From contig OZ244044.1 of the NCBI GenBank assembly GCA_965215275.1, forward strand, positions 1,760,001-1,824,000: DNA of 64,000 bases. Direction: 5' to 3'. The notes under the pieces were generated by a model that saw nothing but the letters and a program-made list of their open reading frames with translations, ran no database searches and was not told where the DNA came from. Made by a program: the position numbers and the translations under genes. Positions 9,914-19,818 of this stretch are shown one piece after another (the first letter of the stretch is position 1; the number at the start of each line of letters is the position of its first letter). This DNA is from Thermodesulfobacteriota bacterium. GTDB taxonomy: Bacteria; Desulfobacterota_D; UBA1144; Nemesobacterales; JAJCZQ01.

Positions 9914-11060
9914 TTTTATACCTTCTGTTTATTAGATTTTGGCCGAGGTACCTCATTCTAAATATCCGTTCTTTCTCTTGCGATGATAAATTCTGAGTTA
10001 TTCCATCAAATAGTATGTCTTGCAGTATAGACACTTCAATTCCGCTAATTGATGCAAAATCATGTGCTTTTTGAATACTTTGAGGAAAATCAGGAATAGG
10101 GAACCCTGGTTGTGCATCATTCAATAGTTGTCCGATAATTCTGTCTGCATCGCCTTTATCCCACTCTGCCAGATCTATCGGCCACACAGGAGCAAATGGG
10201 CTTTCTCCAAATTTTGCTAAATACAGTTTACCCATTGATTGGTATGAATAATTGCCATCTTCGTTCGGTTCACTTGTTTCTAAAGTGTCCAGCCAAGTAC
10301 GGTCAAAATTGTAACATTCTTTTTCTATCGCAGGAGGTACTTCTGCATAGCATGGAAAAGGCTTGTGGAATGTTGCTTCCAGTTCCAAGGCTGTTGCCAG
10401 TCTGTTTAATACAGCGTTTTGCTTAGCAACGCCAACTATTGAAACATTTACACGTTTCTCTCTGTGTTTCTGACATATGCTCCTAATTTTTTTGTCAATT
10501 AATGGAAATATATCCCTTCTAAAAGATTTGGTTCGGAGCATCCCTTCTCTGAGAATAATAGTGTCCGTTCCCCATTCTTTATGTAAAAGTTCATATAACA
10601 CAGCCCACTCTACTATATCTCTGTATATACGGACAGCACTTGTGCTTTTTCCTCCTTCACCCAAGCCTTTTAATAAGTATGATAACCCAGTAACATCTCT
10701 GTTAAGGTCCTGACAAAACTTTTGTAGTGGAGCTACTGTCAAGGGACCGTTAGGACTTCCTCTGTCATTGAGACTGTCGCACTTGTCGTTTCCCGCGATA
10801 GCATCAAGAGCACATTGATTTCCTCTTGAATCCACTACTCTGACAAGTTCTATGACCGCAGGATTGAAATACAACCTGTTGTCTCCACCATCTGCAGATA
10901 CAAAAGATACTGAATTGACGGGATAAGGTCTTATTTGTTTGATATTGTTTTTAAGTTGTTTTGCAAACCCTCTGAGTTTGTCTATTACAGGTTGTTCGAC
11001 TTTATAAGCCGATCGAATCCTATTTCTTATTTGCTTAAGATCATCGTCTGCTAGAGCCAT
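9906..11060 (-). CDS. NurA-like nuclease (RNase H fold)
   Basis: SADGG, ILREGML, VGVAK and FPQSIQKAHDFA match NurA motifs; 8-nt overlap with the HerA-like gene; AAGGA RBS. Confidence 0.8.
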   Translation of the reverse strand: MALADDDLKQIRNRIRSAYKVEQPVIDKLRGFAKQLKNNIKQIRPYPVNSVSFVSADGGDNRLYFNPAVIELVRVVDSRGNQCALDAIAGNDKCDSLNDRGSPNGPLTVAPLQKFCQDLNRDVTGLSYLLKGLGEGGKSTSAVRIYRDIVEWAVLYELLHKEWGTDTIILREGMLRTKSFRRDIFPLIDKKIRSICQKHREKRVNVSIVGVAKQNAVLNRLATALELEATFHKPFPCYAEVPPAIEKECYNFDRTWLDTLETSEPNEDGNYSYQSMGKLYLAKFGESPFAPVWPIDLAEWDKGDADRIIGQLLNDAQPGFPIPDFPQSIQKAHDFASISGIEVSILQDILFDGITQNLSSQEKERIFRMRYLGQNLINRRYKSA

Positions 11061-11322
11061 GATCGTTCCTTAATCTTTAGGCGGCAGATTCCAAAGATAT
11101 TATTTTTAATCTCGCGAAAATAATTTAATTCATTTAGGAATTATATACTACTTGCCCTAGAAGTAGAAACCATATAACAGTAGCTGTATTAAACTTGGGA
11201 AAATATGTATTTAACTATCGCATTTGACTCTTTTTCAATCTGTATAAAAACCAGCTTTCTTTACTTACTTCACTGTCAGATAGTTTTGTAAGTTATTTTT
11301 AAGAAAGTTCCTTCAGTTAATT

Positions 11323-11613
11323 TTACGAAAAGGAACGTGCCAGATCAAAAAGAAGTTGAACTATAGTGATCCTTACCAGGTGTATAAGAACCAATACAAC
11401 TATTGGTGATATATCCACGGTGCCGCCGATAGGTGGGATTATTTTTCGTGCGTACCTCATTACCGGCTCGGTAGCCGTGTGTAGGAAATTAACGATCGGG
11501 TTATAAGGGTCGGGATTTACCCATGAAATGATAGCCCTTCCTATTATAAGAAAGGAGTAAACGTTGAGCAGCATATCAATAACAGTTGCCAGAGCTTGTA
11601 TTAAGGCCGTCAC
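11323..11613 (-). CDS. yggT: YggT family membrane protein
   Basis: SWVNPDPYNPIVNFLHTATEP, IPPIGGTVDISPI; lies downstream of yggS-proC. Confidence 0.93.
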   Translation of the reverse strand: MTALIQALATVIDMLLNVYSFLIIGRAIISWVNPDPYNPIVNFLHTATEPVMRYARKIIPPIGGTVDISPIVVLVLIHLVRITIVQLLFDLARSFS

Positions 11614-11834
11614 TATATTCCCTCCTCTTTTAGTTTCTTTGCCAATTCAAGCATCATTATATCCTTTTGCAAACACTTTATATCTTTAGATACCTCATCA
11701 AAGTATTTTGATAATGCCGCAAATATAATACTATCGTGTGTATGTGTAGACATTTTAAGGTCTATGGAACGTAACATATCCTCCTTCTTACTTAATTCCT
11801 TTTCTAATTTCTCGACTTTCGGAAGGTTGCTCAT
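11613..11834 (-). CDS. AT-rich coiled-coil hypothetical protein between proC and yggT
   Basis: 73-aa ORF with helical heptad-like pattern; stop overlaps the yggT start. Confidence 0.55.
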   Translation of the reverse strand: MSNLPKVEKLEKELSKKEDMLRSIDLKMSTHTHDSIIFAALSKYFDEVSKDIKCLQKDIMMLELAKKLKEEGI

Positions 11835-11951
11835 TCCCTTTTACCTGTCCATCCCGCAATTGCTATTGTTTTAAAAACATTTTTACCCATTTTTCAACAG
11901 CTTTATCTTTTATCAAGTAAAGTCCGTTAACATAACCTAACCAAAAAACAC

Positions 11952-12791
11952 TTAGTTCTCCTCTTGTTCTGATAGTTCTTTGGACCTGTTAGTGCCGGCT
12001 TCAACGGCTGAGATCACGGCGTTCCTAATTCCGAGTTTTTCTAATTCGTGTATTCCTGCAATGGTGGTTCCGCCGGGTGACGATACCATATCTTTCAGTT
12101 TTGCGGGATGAACTCCCGTTTCAAGCAGCAGTTTTGCGGTACCGAGGATCGTTTGGAAAGAAAGTTTTGAGGATGCTTCCCTGCTCAAACCCATCTTTAC
12201 ACCTGCGTCCGCAAGTGCTTCTGCGAAAACAGCAACATAGGCTGGTCCGCTTCCGCTGAGCCCGGTTACGGCATCGATCAGATTTTCGTCATCCACGGTA
12301 ATGATCTCTCCGATAGGGCTAAATATGTTCTCTACCACTCTTTTATCTTTGTTGCCGATGTGCTTGTTAAAATATATACCATAGGCACCTTCCTGGACTA
12401 TGGCCGCTTTATTTGGCATAACTCGTGCGATCTTAAGGTCTTTCTTCAGGTTGTTTTCTATAAAGGACGTCTTTATGCCCGCGGCGATCGATATATAAAG
12501 CTTTTTTCTGCTAACCTGGTTTTTAATTTCCCGCAGCATATGTTGAACGTCTGCAGGCTTGACGGCAAATATTATAGTTTCCGAACGTTCGGACAGCTCC
12601 TTGTTACACCTTGTTGTGCTGACGCCGTGGTCGTCTTTTAACTGGCGCAGCCTGTCGTTGTCCAGGTCGCTTAAAATGATCTCATTCTTACCGTAGGTTC
12701 CGGACGTCAGTATGCCCCTTACCAATGCACCTGCCATTTTACCGGCACCTATTATTCCCAGTTTATACACTTTAGCTGTTCCTGTTCCCAA
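11952..12791 (-). CDS. proC: Pyrroline-5-carboxylate reductase (true start may be a few codons downstream)
   Basis: GIIGAGKMA, TGLSGSGPAY, VSSPGGTTIAG. Confidence 0.96.
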   Translation of the reverse strand: MGTGTAKVYKLGIIGAGKMAGALVRGILTSGTYGKNEIILSDLDNDRLRQLKDDHGVSTTRCNKELSERSETIIFAVKPADVQHMLREIKNQVSRKKLYISIAAGIKTSFIENNLKKDLKIARVMPNKAAIVQEGAYGIYFNKHIGNKDKRVVENIFSPIGEIITVDDENLIDAVTGLSGSGPAYVAVFAEALADAGVKMGLSREASSKLSFQTILGTAKLLLETGVHPAKLKDMVSSPGGTTIAGIHELEKLGIRNAVISAVEAGTNRSKELSEQEEN

Positions 12792-13494
12792 ATATTGCCG
12801 AACCTATTCTAACGATCGTTGCACCTTCTTCAACTGCGACCTCGAAGTCCCCGCTCATCCCCATTGAGACCTCATTTGCCCCGGGATGGTCTTTTTTCAC
12901 TTCGTTGCTGAACAGCCTGAGCTTCCTGAAATGAGGGCGGGACAGCTCTGGGTCGTTATTATATGGTGCCATTGTCATAAGTCCCTTAAAAACGATATTT
13001 TTCAGGGCGTTTATCCTGTTTATCAGCTTTGCAGCGTCTGTGAACGACATACCCGTTTTTGTTCTTTCACCGCTTGAGTTTATCTCGATCAGAATACTGG
13101 TGTTTACTCCCAGTTTTTCCGAGCGTCCGTTGATCTCTTCCGCCAGACCGAGACTGTTTACTGAGTGTATTATAGCTGTTTTTCCAACTATGTATTTTAT
13201 TTTGTTCCTCTGAAGATGTCCGATGAAGTGCCACTTTATATCACTGAATCGCTGGTTTAAATGGGCGTATTTATCTCTGAATTCCTGTGCGTAGTTTTCA
13301 CCAAAGTGTAAAAGTCCCGCGTTATATGCCTCTGTTATCAGCTCTTTTGTTATCTGTTTGCTTACACCGAGCAGAGTGATGTCGTCAGGGTCCCTTCTGA
13401 CCTTTAAAGCGGAAGAGGCTACCTTTGCACGGATAAGGTCAATGTTTTTTTCAATTCTCATCAGTGGTAAAACTCTTGTTACGTTATCGTTCAA
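12772..13494 (-). CDS. yggS: PLP homeostasis protein YggS family
   Basis: FGENYAQE, WHFIGHLQRNK, SMGMSGDFEVAVEEGATIVRIGSAIFG. Confidence 0.96.
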   Translation of the reverse strand: MNDNVTRVLPLMRIEKNIDLIRAKVASSALKVRRDPDDITLLGVSKQITKELITEAYNAGLLHFGENYAQEFRDKYAHLNQRFSDIKWHFIGHLQRNKIKYIVGKTAIIHSVNSLGLAEEINGRSEKLGVNTSILIEINSSGERTKTGMSFTDAAKLINRINALKNIVFKGLMTMAPYNNDPELSRPHFRKLRLFSNEVKKDHPGANEVSMGMSGDFEVAVEEGATIVRIGSAIFGNRNS

Positions 13495-13571
13495 AATTTT
13501 TCAACCACTTTTAAATAAGATGCTTAACGGATACACTCTATCAGTTCTTTCTGGCTTTTTAAGTTCTTGCC

Positions 13572-14423
13572 ATGCAGCTAAAAAACATATATATTAAAGG
13601 TAAAACCCTGTTACATCAAGCTGGCGTCTCCGAACCGGCTATTGAGGCTGCATCCCTGCTGTGCAGTGCAGTTGGACTGAACAAGATGTCAATTTTTTCC
13701 AACCCGCAAATGCAACTTAATGAGGATTCTGTATCAAAATTTAACGAATTTATAAACAGAAGGATAAAAGGAGAACCCAACTCTTATATAACCGGAGTGA
13801 AAGAGTTTTACTCAAGGGAGTTCATCGTCAGCAGGGACGTTCTCATACCAAGGGCTGAAACTGAACTCGTTGTGGACGAAGCACTGAAAGTGATTACCGG
13901 ATCCGGTGAGTATTTCGTTGCAGATATATGTGCGGGTTCCGGCTGTATAGGGATCGCACTGGCCTCAATGAAAAAGAACGTCAGTTTAATATCCACCGAT
14001 ATATCTTTTTCAGCCGTTCAGGTAGCAAATAAGAACGCAAAACTGAACCGCGTGGCTTCCCGGTCGGTATTTTTAAACGCTAATTTTACCGACTGTATAG
14101 AGGATGGTTCGGTCGACCTGGTGGTCTGTAATCCTCCATACGTTGCCACAGGGGACCTTATGGGGTTACAGGACGAGATCAGAGACCATGAACCTGAACG
14201 TGCCCTTGCTGGTGGTGAGGATGGGCTTTTTCATATCAGGGAAGTTGTAAGAAGGTCAAAGAAAAAGCTGAAGAACGGCGGGTGGCTGATAATGGAAATA
14301 GGTATAGGACAATGCCGGAGCGTCATGGAACTTTTAAAGCTGGAGGGATACGACCGGCTGGATGTAACTTTGGATATGTGTAACATTGAGAGAGTGATCA
14401 AAGCACAATGGAAAAGATTTTAA
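13572..14423 (+). CDS. prmC: Release factor glutamine methyltransferase
   Basis: VLIPRAETE, DICAGSGCI, NPPY, ALAGGEDGL. Confidence 0.95.
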   Translation: MQLKNIYIKGKTLLHQAGVSEPAIEAASLLCSAVGLNKMSIFSNPQMQLNEDSVSKFNEFINRRIKGEPNSYITGVKEFYSREFIVSRDVLIPRAETELVVDEALKVITGSGEYFVADICAGSGCIGIALASMKKNVSLISTDISFSAVQVANKNAKLNRVASRSVFLNANFTDCIEDGSVDLVVCNPPYVATGDLMGLQDEIRDHEPERALAGGEDGLFHIREVVRRSKKKLKNGGWLIMEIGIGQCRSVMELLKLEGYDRLDVTLDMCNIERVIKAQWKRF

Positions 14424-15664
14424 TAGAAGGTGGAAAAAGCCTGAAGGGAACCGTGAAAATAAGCGGTGCAAAAAATTCCGTGCTGCCGCTGATGGCCGCG
14501 TGCATTTTAAATTCTGGCGTAAACAGCTTTACCAACGTTCCTGACCTTGCCGATGTACGAACAATGGCAAGACTGCTTGTAATGCTTGGAGCCAGGATCG
14601 AGTTTGAAAAAGGAAACCTGATGGTCGATTCCTCCAGTATCAATAAGTGGGAGTCTCCTTACGATCTGGTCAGAACGATGCGTGCTTCCGTGCTGGTACT
14701 GGGACCATTGACCGCTCGTTTTGACAGGGCCAGGGTATCTTTTCCCGGAGGTTGTGCCATTGGCGAACGGCCGATCGATCAGCATATTAAAGGGATCAAG
14801 TTACTGGGTGCGAAGATAAACCTGGATCAGGGATACGTTGAAACAAGGGTGAGAAAGCTCAGAGGAAAAACCGTACCTTTTGACGTCTCCACGGTCACGG
14901 GTACTGAGAACATAATGCTGTCTGCCGTTCTGGCAAAGGGAGAGACGGTCCTTTTCAACGCTGCATGTGAACCGGAGGTCGTGGAACTGCAGGACTGTCT
15001 GAACAGGATGGGTGCCAGGGTATCAGGCGCGGGAACCGACATTATAACGATCCAGGGCGTTGATAAGCTTAACCCCGTAACTGATTATGAAATTATGCCT
15101 GACAGGATCGAAGCGGGTACTTTTATGGTAGCGGCAGTTTTTAATGAAGGCGACTTGAAGATCTTGAACTGCAGGCTTGAGCATATGGGAGCACTTGCTG
15201 GTAAACTGATGCAGACCGGGGCTGAAATAAAAAAGATCAAGAACGGCGTGAGGATCAGGGGAGTTGACAGACCGGACAGCGTTGATATTTCCACTTTGCC
15301 CTTTCCTGGATTTCCTACGGATATGCAGGCACAGATGATGGCGCTTATGTGTATTTCAAAAGGGAAGAGCATTATCACTGAAACGATATTTCCGCAAAGG
15401 TTTATGCATGCGGCGGAACTTCGCAGAATGGGGGGCGATATTAAAATGGCAGGCAGCAGCGCGGTTGTCAGAGGGGTGCCGAAATTATCAGGTGCAAAAA
15501 TAATGACCAGCGATCTCAGGGCAAGTGCATCTCTGGTACTCGCAGGGGTTGCAGCAGACGGAATAACGGAAGTTTCCAGAATATATCATCTTGACCGGGG
15601 TTATGAAGGTCTGGACAAAAAGCTGGAGAATGTGGGTGCTAAAATTTGGAGGGAAAAAGATTGA
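14408..15664 (+). CDS. murA: UDP-N-acetylglucosamine 1-carboxyvinyltransferase
   Basis: GAKNSVLP, MRAS, PGGCAIGERPID, PGFPTDMQ, DLRA. Confidence 0.98.
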   Translation: MEKILIEGGKSLKGTVKISGAKNSVLPLMAACILNSGVNSFTNVPDLADVRTMARLLVMLGARIEFEKGNLMVDSSSINKWESPYDLVRTMRASVLVLGPLTARFDRARVSFPGGCAIGERPIDQHIKGIKLLGAKINLDQGYVETRVRKLRGKTVPFDVSTVTGTENIMLSAVLAKGETVLFNAACEPEVVELQDCLNRMGARVSGAGTDIITIQGVDKLNPVTDYEIMPDRIEAGTFMVAAVFNEGDLKILNCRLEHMGALAGKLMQTGAEIKKIKNGVRIRGVDRPDSVDISTLPFPGFPTDMQAQMMALMCISKGKSIITETIFPQRFMHAAELRRMGGDIKMAGSSAVVRGVPKLSGAKIMTSDLRASASLVLAGVAADGITEVSRIYHLDRGYEGLDKKLENVGAKIWREKD

Positions 15665-16290
15665 TCACAATTGCAATATCAAGGGGAAGATTACTGTCCG
15701 AGGCGGTCGAGTTATTTAAAAGGGCAGGGATAGATATTTCCAGGGTGTATGAAGATCCGAGGAAACTGATCTGTGAATTTGAGGAACAGGGGCTCAGAAT
15801 ATTAATTATCAGACCGACCGACGTGCCTTCTTATGTTGAATACGGAGCTGCGGATTGTGGCATTGTTGGCAAGGACACATTGTATGAAGCCCGGGCAAAT
15901 CTTTACGAACCTCTGGACCTCAAGATAGGAAAATGCCGTCTTGTCGTGGCAGCTCCGGATAATTTTACTCTCAAGGACATCAGATCGTCCGTCAAAGTTG
16001 CAACGAAGTATCCCAGGACGGCAAGTGATTACTTTGTTAAGAAAGGGGTCAGCGTGGAGATAGTAAAGTTGTACGGTTCGGTCGAACTGGCACCGAACGC
16101 CGGACTGTCAGACGTGATCGTGGACCTTTCTGCTACCGGGCGGACCTTAGAGACGAACAATCTTAAAGAGATCGAGACTATCACGGACGTGACGGCAAGA
16201 TTTGTTGTTAACAAGGTCGGATTTAAAATAAAGTCAGAGAAAATATTGGGACTTTTAGCAAAGCTCAGGGAAGCCAGGGACCTTATGTGA
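15646..16290 (+). CDS. hisG: ATP phosphoribosyltransferase, short form
   Basis: DVPSYVEYGAADCGIVGKD, VATKYP, KLYGSVELAP; 214 aa. Confidence 0.95.
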   Translation: MEGKRLITIAISRGRLLSEAVELFKRAGIDISRVYEDPRKLICEFEEQGLRILIIRPTDVPSYVEYGAADCGIVGKDTLYEARANLYEPLDLKIGKCRLVVAAPDNFTLKDIRSSVKVATKYPRTASDYFVKKGVSVEIVKLYGSVELAPNAGLSDVIVDLSATGRTLETNNLKEIETITDVTARFVVNKVGFKIKSEKILGLLAKLREARDLM

Positions 16291-16296
16291 GTAAAT

Positions 16297-17562
16297 TTAT
16301 ATGCCTTGCTCTGCTGATGGGTCGTTTTCCTTTACAAAGCTCATTGCAATAATTCCAGCTACGAAAAATACCACGAGGGACAGGACGCCCACCCGGCTGT
16401 TACCCGTTATCTGGCTGATGGAAGCAAAGACAAGAGGACCTACTATTCCGGCAAATTTCGAACTCATACTGTAAAATCCAAAAAATTCCGCCGTTTTGTC
16501 CTTTGGTGTCAGTGAGCAGAAAAACGACCTGCTCAGCGCCTGTGTACCTCCCTGAACGGTGCCGACGGCAACGGCGAGTATCCAGAAGTGAGTGGCGCTA
16601 CTGATAAAGTACGCTGAAAATGAAATTAAAGCGTAGACGGCCAGTCCGAAGCATATGGAGTTTTTAACTCCTATTGAACTTGACAGTCTGCTGAACAGTA
16701 AGGTGCAGGGAATACCGACGAACTGCGTGACGATCAGCGCTCCTATTAAAGACATGGAATTTATTCCGAGTTCCGTTCCGTAGATAATGGCCAGTTTGAT
16801 TATGGTCCCTATGCCGTCGCTGTATATCCAGAAAGCAATAAGAAAGAGAAAAAGGTTTTTATAGACCCTGATATTTTTAAAGGTCGAAGCCAGTCTGGAA
16901 AAACCGACCTTTATGTAGCTGTCCTTATAAGCTTTGCTGCGTGTTAACGGTTCATTGACGTTCATGATAAGCGGGACCGTGAAGGCAGCCCACCAGACCG
17001 CGGCTGACACAAAGGAAAGCCTGGCAGCTAATGAGGTATCGTCAAGGAACCTGAACATCAGCATGTTCATTACCAGCAAGATCCCGCCGCCCAGGTATCC
17101 GAGTGCGTATCCGAAAGTGGAAACCTCGTCTGTTCTTTCCGGCTTGCATATAAATTTCAGAAGAGAGTTATAAAATATTTCCGAAAGCGTAAAACCAACG
17201 TTTGCGACTATAAAGAACAGAGACGCGGTCAGCCAGTCCCCTGACCTGATCAGGTAAAGAAGTATCGTAAACACAACACCTACGGAAACGAACAGCTTGA
17301 TAAAGGATTTTTTCCTGCTTGAGTGATCGGATATTGCCCCAATAACCGGAGAAGCGACTGCGCTAATAACAAGAGCAATGGTTATCGTGTAACTCCAGTA
17401 GATCGTTGCAGTACCTGCCGTGAGCGTTGAGGCGGCTACTTTGCTGTAGTAGATCGGCAGAATGGCAGCCATTACCGTTGTGGCGAAAGCCGAGTTTGCC
17501 CAGTCGTACATTGCCCAGCTGATTATCTGTTTTCTGTTGTTCCCGAACATAGTATCAAACAT
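16297..17562 (-). CDS. MFS transporter (UMF1/Atg22-like)
   Basis: SWAMYDWANSAF, GGTQALSRS, EFFGFY; about 12 TM segments. Confidence 0.9.
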   Translation of the reverse strand: MFDTMFGNNRKQIISWAMYDWANSAFATTVMAAILPIYYSKVAASTLTAGTATIYWSYTITIALVISAVASPVIGAISDHSSRKKSFIKLFVSVGVVFTILLYLIRSGDWLTASLFFIVANVGFTLSEIFYNSLLKFICKPERTDEVSTFGYALGYLGGGILLVMNMLMFRFLDDTSLAARLSFVSAAVWWAAFTVPLIMNVNEPLTRSKAYKDSYIKVGFSRLASTFKNIRVYKNLFLFLIAFWIYSDGIGTIIKLAIIYGTELGINSMSLIGALIVTQFVGIPCTLLFSRLSSSIGVKNSICFGLAVYALISFSAYFISSATHFWILAVAVGTVQGGTQALSRSFFCSLTPKDKTAEFFGFYSMSSKFAGIVGPLVFASISQITGNSRVGVLSLVVFFVAGIIAMSFVKENDPSAEQGI

Positions 17563-17724
17563 TTCAGTATGATAGTTTAGGGAATTACATGCATAAATAA
17601 AAATTTGGATGGATCATATACTTTGTTCACCAACAGTTGACCCGGCAGGTAAATAACGATCAGTTGTATTTATGTCAGGTTATCAATATGATCCTCTGAT
17701 AAAAAGGTGACAGGACCCCTGATC

Positions 17725-18788
17725 CTAAATACGGCTGAAGAGTTCCTGCTGTTTGTCATAGGGGTTCTTGAAGTGTTCTGCCGAGAGACCTGTTTTACTT
17801 CTGTTCATACCGTTCTTTCGGCACGATATGTTGAACAGGTCTTTAACATGTTTTGCAAAGACCCCCTTTCCGACCATACGGTCTCCAAATTCAGAACTGC
17901 TTAACTTTCCCTTTCTTACGGATATAATGCGGTTTAAGATCTTGTTCTTTCTATCTGGGAAGTGATTTTCTATCCATTCAGTAAAGAGATCGGAGACCGT
18001 GTGGGGCAGCCTTAACATAATATAGGCAGCTCTGCTTGCACCTGCACTGGAGGCGTTTTCAATGATCTTGGGTATTTCATGGTCGGTCAGCCCGGGAATG
18101 ACCGGTGCTACCAGTACCATTGTCGGGATTCCTGCTTCTGACAGTTTTTCAGGGCTTTCAGTCTGAGGTAGGGTCGTGATGTACGTGGTTCCATTTTGCC
18201 TGCAAGCCCGGGGTCCAGCGTTGTAATGGACAGTATCGCGACCGTGGCATTTATTTCAGACAGACCCTTCAGTATATCAACGTCGCGTGTTATCAGATGG
18301 TTTTTCGTGATTATTCCAACGGGATTTTTAAATTCCAGGAATACTTCAAGGCATTTTCGCGTTAGCCTGAACTGTTTTTCTGCCGGCTGGTAGCAGTCCG
18401 TATTGCCACTGATCGCAACTGTCTGAGGCTTCCATTTGCGGGAGCTCAGTTCTTTCTTCAATAATTCAGGGGCGTTCTCTTTGACGAAAATACGTGTTTC
18501 AAAGTCCAGCCCGGAAGACAGTCCGTAAAACTCATGCGTTGGTCTTGCGTAGCAGTAAATACAGCCATGCTCGCATCCCCTGTACGGGTTGATCCCAACT
18601 GAAAATCCGGTGTCAGGACTGTCGTTGTACGTCAGAATGGTCTTTGTGGTGTCTTTGTAAAATTCGGTCTTTGGCTTTTTAAGGTCGTCAGTTCCCGTGT
18701 CGTCAGCTATGTATTTTATCTTTTCGAATCTGCTTGTTAGATTAGAACCTGCCCCTCTGCCTTTGAAAGGTTTATAGGTTTTTCTCAT
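17725..18788 (-). pseudogene. Radical SAM protein, PA0069/Rv2578c (SplB-like) family, split by a frameshift
   Basis: NPYRGCEHGCIYCYAR motif; track ORFs 18108..18788 and 17725..18120 join (ALKKLSEAGIPTMVLVAP) if the A5 run at 18145-18149 is A6. Confidence 0.85.
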
Positions 18789-18856
18789 CTTGTTCTGCTT
18801 CGACCTTTATAGTGTTTACTATGGCGCGGGTAAGACGAGAGTGAGGAATAAAAACG

Positions 18857-19684
18857 TTACAGGTACCATATGAAACTCAGTGAAAGCTTGGCTTCATCAC
18901 TGTCTATTTCCGCAGGGATCCTGATCCTTTCTTCACTGGCAAGGGTTAACCAGTCCTCTTTTTCGTAGAGGGTATAAAGTATCTCGCCCCGAATTGCCAC
19001 TTTCCCTCCGACCGATTTTTCCATACCTATGCCTCCCGTCCATGCGATAAGGTCCTGATCCTGATTCAATGTTCCCGGTGTAAAATCATCAGCCGTGGTG
19101 CAGGTAGTTACTCGTTGGCAGCCTGTATAATCAGCGTTAAATTCCGTTTGTACAAGGCGAACTCCGGCAATGGCGTAGATGTTTGATTCGTATAATGGTA
19201 TGAGATCCTGGCTTATACCTAACCTGATCGTCAGGCCATAGCTTTGATTTTTCTGAAAATTATAGTTCTCAGGCCAGTTCTCCCCTAACTGGTTCCGTCC
19301 TTCGGAATCCCCTGCCCCGTTTAACCGTCCTTCCACTCTGCCGTCGTGAAGTACCGCGTCGATCTCACCGCTTATGAAAACACCGCTATACCAGATCGGA
19401 ATACGGTAACCTGCTGATATACCAAGGCCATATACCCATCCGTCCGTGGAATCTTTATCACGGTAGATACGGCCTCGTCGTTCGGGCGGCAGGTCGTTGC
19501 TCGGATCAGTGTTGTCAACGGTTTTATCGTAAGATGTGTCAAGCCATTCTGCAGTTGTGGTTATCCCCAAGTAAAACTGACCACTTCGAGCAAACGAACT
19601 GTCCGTTAAGCCCAGTAGTGAAAGTATCGTTAAGATCAGAGTGGTTGAGAAGATTAGTTTGTAGTTTTGCCGTGTTGTCTGCAT
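18857..19684 (-). CDS. Outer membrane beta-barrel protein with signal peptide
   Basis: Signal peptide ending SSFA; alternating beta-strand pattern; C-terminal LSLSFIWYL; ATG at 19684. Confidence 0.75.
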   Translation of the reverse strand: MQTTRQNYKLIFSTTLILTILSLLGLTDSSFARSGQFYLGITTTAEWLDTSYDKTVDNTDPSNDLPPERRGRIYRDKDSTDGWVYGLGISAGYRIPIWYSGVFISGEIDAVLHDGRVEGRLNGAGDSEGRNQLGENWPENYNFQKNQSYGLTIRLGISQDLIPLYESNIYAIAGVRLVQTEFNADYTGCQRVTTCTTADDFTPGTLNQDQDLIAWTGGIGMEKSVGGKVAIRGEILYTLYEKEDWLTLASEERIRIPAEIDSDEAKLSLSFIWYL

Positions 19685-19764
19685 TTTCTGCCCTCTTAAA
19701 ACTCGAATTTTATCACTTGTCAGTATATCAACTGTAACTGATCTTTGTAAAATATGTTTTGATT

Positions 19765-19780
19765 TATGACAATTATCATA
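19765..19780. promoter_or_regulatory. Fur/PerR-like palindrome between the divergent OMP and catalase genes
   Basis: TATGACAATTATCATA is one mismatch from a perfect palindrome and resembles Fur-family boxes. Confidence 0.4.
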
Positions 19781-19818
19781 CAACATATATACTGAATAAA
19801 AATAAGGAGAAACATAAA

